The notes under the pieces were generated by a model. The model did no database searches and was not told the origin of the DNA. It saw only the letters and a list, made by a program, of their open reading frames with translations. Below are positions 62,792 through 64,000 of a stretch of DNA of 64,000 nt, one piece after another. Made by a program: the position numbers and the translations under genes. The stretch lies in contig CAVUSO010000001.1 of NCBI GenBank assembly GCA_963744145.1, forward strand, positions 1,248,001 through 1,312,000, in the 5' to 3' direction. The stretch is from an uncultured cyanobacterium (lineage in GTDB: Bacteria; Cyanobacteriota; Cyanobacteriia; Cyanobacteriales; CAWUOF01). The number at the start of each line of letters is the position of its first letter. The first letter of the stretch is position 1.

Positions 62792-63946
62792 ATGGACGAT
62801 AAACTATTACTAATGATTCCTGGCCCGACCCCCGTGCCAGAAAGGGCTTTATTGGCCCTAGCCAAACATCCAATTGCCCATCGGAGCCGCGAATTTGAAG
62901 CTATTACAGCCGAGGTTACGGAAAATCTGAAATGGCTTCACCAAACTAAAAGTGATGTATTGGTCTTGACAGCTAGCGGTACTGGTGCTATGGAAGCAGG
63001 AATAATCAACTTCCTGAGTCCAGGCGATCGCGTATTAGTAGGATCTAATGGTAAGTTTGGGGAACGCTGGGTTGAGGTTGCTCGGATCTATAGTTTAGAG
63101 GTAGAAGAAATTAAAGCGGATTGGGGTAAACCTCTTGATCCAGAGTTATTTCACCAAAAACTAGCAGCGGATACAGATAAACAAATTAAAGCTGTAATTA
63201 TTACCCATAATGAAACATCCACTGGGGTGCTGAATGATTTAGCTGCGATTAACCAGTATGTAAAAAATCATGGGAAAGCTCTGATCATAGTTGATGGTGT
63301 TACCAGTTTGGGTGCAGTCAATATTCCTTTTGATGATTGGGGTATTGATGTCATGGTCTCTGGTTCTCAAAAAGGTTATATGCTTCCTCCTGGAGTTGGT
63401 TTTGTCGCGGTGAGTCCGAAAGCGTGGGAAGCTTATAAAACTGCTAAATTACCCCGGTATTATCTAGATTTGGGTAAGTATCGTCAAGATGCAGCCAAAA
63501 ACACCACTCCGTTTACACCACCAGTAAATATGTATTATGCTTTGCAAACGACGCTAAAAATGATGAAAGCAGAAGGTTTAGAAAATATTTTTGCTAGACA
63601 TCAACGCTTAATGTTAGCGACTCGTGCTGCGATGAAAAGCTTGAATTTAGAGCTTTATGCTCCGGATGATGCAGCTAGTCCCGCGATTACTGCGGTAGCT
63701 CCAACCCAAGTGGAAGCTGAAAAAATTCGGGCAACTATCAAGAAACGGTTTGATATTATACTCGCTGCGGGACAAGATCACTTGAAGGAGAAAGTCTTCC
63801 GGATTGGTCATTTAGGGTTTGTCAGCGATCGCGATATTTTAGCTGCGATCGCTTCTTTGGAATTAGTCCTGAAAGACTTAGACTACAAAAATTTCACTCC
63901 TGGAGCTGGTGTAACCGCAGCAAATGAGGTTTTTCTCAAATCCTAG
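62792..63946 (+). CDS. Class V PLP aminotransferase (serine-pyruvate/alanine-glyoxylate family)
   Basis: MIPGPTP, SGTGAME, HNETSTG, SGSQKG, TPFTP and FRIGHLG motifs. Confidence 0.93.
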   Translation: MDDKLLLMIPGPTPVPERALLALAKHPIAHRSREFEAITAEVTENLKWLHQTKSDVLVLTASGTGAMEAGIINFLSPGDRVLVGSNGKFGERWVEVARIYSLEVEEIKADWGKPLDPELFHQKLAADTDKQIKAVIITHNETSTGVLNDLAAINQYVKNHGKALIIVDGVTSLGAVNIPFDDWGIDVMVSGSQKGYMLPPGVGFVAVSPKAWEAYKTAKLPRYYLDLGKYRQDAAKNTTPFTPPVNMYYALQTTLKMMKAEGLENIFARHQRLMLATRAAMKSLNLELYAPDDAASPAITAVAPTQVEAEKIRATIKKRFDIILAAGQDHLKEKVFRIGHLGFVSDRDILAAIASLELVLKDLDYKNFTPGAGVTAANEVFLKS

Positions 63947-64000
63947 TTAATTTCTGCATTGATTAGCGCTGATCATCGTTAAAAAAAGCGGGTTTATTGC

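Noticed and set aside
1..64000. High density of GCGATCGC
   Set aside because: This is the well-known cyanobacterial HIP1 octamer. Used only as a taxonomic clue.

Overview
Cyanobacterial chromosome segment: the HIP1 octamer GCGATCGC is pervasive, and there is an hli gene and a tmRNA with a cyanobacterial tag. Most of the window is housekeeping and signalling genes (hisH, ruvA, spp, pilT, murA, lpdA, trpC, ssrA, two tRNA-Leu, kinases, TPR proteins). There is also a phased DnaA-box cluster at about 7.4-7.5 kb. A molybdopterin oxidoreductase gene is split by a tnpB-only IS200/IS605 element, which itself carries a nested IS1634. The most striking part is an accessory region of about 19 kb (37.8-56.7 kb). 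It begins with an operon (radical SAM, coiled-coil protein, ClpB-like AAA+, vWA, FHA, PP2C) followed by four paralogous Ser/Thr kinase-GUN4 genes. In each kinase gene the 3' end has an unrelated, variable-length, about 80% G+T segment between two fixed anchors: GGCCA(C/T)(C/A)T(C/T)CC and CTTCTCTCGCGTCGAGACTTG. The 3' anchor contains a small hairpin and, in copy 1, stops all three reading frames within 40 nt. This looks like the target site of a diversification system that does not fit canonical DGR behaviour. No reverse transcriptase or template repeat is visible in the window. The same region holds a promoter-preceded structured RNA candidate, GTAG-type REP doublets with VNTRs, self-nesting 24-nt mini-elements, frameshifted Rpn genes and a ParE toxin-antitoxin pair. 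All family assignments are from motif recognition by eye; no database searches were run.
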